A stretch of 64,000 nucleotides of DNA from assembly GCF_009914755.1 (NCBI RefSeq), contig NC_060942.1, one strand, 5' to 3'. How positions within the stretch are numbered: the stretch's first letter is position 1; each line of letters begins with the position of its first letter. The notes under the pieces are model-generated. The model was not told where the DNA came from. It did no database searches and was given only the letters and a program-made list of their open reading frames with translations. The translations under genes and the position numbers were made by a program. The DNA is from the human T2T-CHM13v2.0 reference genome, Homo sapiens. Below, in pieces: positions 62,501 through 64,000 of the stretch.

Positions 62501-63947
62501 TGAGGTTCTTTCAGATATTTCTTCAGTCCTATTGCTGAGACTTTCCAGTGCATTTTGCATTTCTCTAAGTGTGCCCTTGATTTCCAAAAGTTGTGATTTT
62601 TTTTATTTCTGCTATCTATGTCACTGAGTAATTTTCCTTTCATATTCTGTATCATGTTTTTGATTTCTATAAGTTGGACTTCACCTTTCTCTGGTGCCTC
62701 TTTGATTAGCTTAATGATCGACCTTCTGAATTCTTGTTCTAGCAATTCATAGATTTCGTCTTGGTTTGGATTCATTGCTGGTGAGCTGATATGATCTTTT
62801 GGGGGTGTTAAAGAACCTTGTTTTGTCATATTACCAGATTGTTTTTCTGGTACTTTCTTATTTGGGTAGACTTTGTCAGAGGGAAGATCTGGGATTCAAG
62901 GGCTGCTGTTCAGATAATTTTGTCTGACAAGGTGTTCCTTGATGTGGTGTTCTCCCACTTCCCCTAGGAATGGGGCTTCCTGAGAGCTGAACTGTAGTGA
63001 TTGTTTTTGCTCTTCTGGGTCTAGCCACACAGCGGAGCTACTGGGCTCTGGGCCGGCACTGGGTAGTGTCTGCAAAGAGTTCTGTGATGTGAGCCATCTT
63101 CAGGTCTTGCAGCTGTAGATATAAGCATCTGCTCGGGTGAGGTAGCAGGGGAGTGAAGAGGACTCCATGAGGGTCCTTGGTTGTGTTTTGTTTAGTGCAC
63201 TGGGTTTTTGTTGGTTGACCTCCACCAGAAGGTGGCACTTTCAAAAGTGCGTCAGCTATGGTCCTATAGGGAGGATGCAAACTTGCCCTAGGGACATCTG
63301 GTTAAGTGTTCAGGTGGTGGGAAGGGCCACAGAGCTGGAAAGAGTTTATGACCTTTGTCTTCCGCTACCAGGACGGGTAGAGAAAGACCACCAGGTGGGG
63401 GCAGATATACACATGTTTATATAGAGTTCAGCCTCCCCCTGGGCAGGGCTTGCTGTGGCTTTCGTGGGGGATGGAGTGTGGTTCCCAGTCTAATGGAGTT
63501 GTATTTCCAGGAGCATTATGGATGCCTCTGCTAAGTCATAAAGGTCGCCAAGCAAGTGAAGGAAAGCCAGCAGTTGCAGACCTCACCTTGTTCCCATGAA
63601 GCCCTCAGTCCCATGCAGCCCTCAGTCCTCAGGCCAATCTTACCCCCACCCTGGCTCCCACAACAGCACCAAGGCTATTTCCAGGCAGCCAGTGACCAGG
63701 GCTGAGAACCTGCCCCAGACCGTGACCCTCCCCATTGAGAAAGCAAGCAGACTCACAGGTTTTTGACATCTCAGGGAGCTTGTAGTGGTGATCCAGCTCC
63801 TTCAAAGGGTCTATGGATTATCTTGGCTTCCCTGGTATGTTCCCACAGTAGTTCTTGGAGCAAAAGTTCACAGTGTGAGCTTCCACATGCTTTTCTGTCC
63901 ATCCAAGTGGCAGTTGCAAGCTAGTCCTGCCTCCTGTCCACCACCTT
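59563..63947 (-). mobile_element. L1PB-like element with 5' UTR, ORF1 and the 5' part of ORF2; 3' end missing
   Basis: ORF1p [71 protein letters not shown] and MIVYLENP. The 5' end reads AAGGTGGTGGACAGGAGGCAGGACTAGCTTGC on the minus strand. Confidence 0.95.
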
Positions 63948-63954
63948 AAACAGT

Positions 63955-64000
63955 AACCCCTGCAATGAACTTCAGCCTGGACATCCAGGCATTTCCTTAC
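63955..64000 (-). mobile_element. MaLR internal (MST/THE1-int-like) fragment at the window edge
   Basis: CCCCTGCAATGAACTTCAGCCTGGACATCCAGGCATTTCC resembles MaLR-int CCCCTGCAGCAAACTTCTGCCTGGACATCCAGGC. Confidence 0.6.

Overview
This is non-coding primate genomic DNA (an AluY-like copy and a MER11 LTR point to a catarrhine, possibly human). It is AT-rich and CpG-depleted, with no CpG island. I find no supportable host protein-coding exon, tRNA, rRNA or CRISPR feature. The ORF track is largely explained by simple repeats, Alu sequence, decayed L1/HERV-L/CR1 coding remnants or chance. The window is a layered transposon record: ancient CR1/L3, L2, MIR and DNA-transposon relics, several L1 generations, five Alus, and LTR elements (a MER11 solo LTR, two MLT2A solo LTRs with TSDs, a 5'-truncated HERV-L pol plus 3' LTR, MLT1, LTR33 and a MER89/90-like LTR). 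I cannot support a new multi-gene system. The best leads are a pre-miRNA-sized hairpin in apparently unique sequence (25763-25834), two unusually readable CR1 RT remnants, a POU/octamer cluster (19674-19724), differential retention of DUX4-like motifs among three MLT2A LTRs, and several rearrangement junctions. Repeat family names come from recalled consensus sequences, not a database search. Boundaries without a TSD are approximate.
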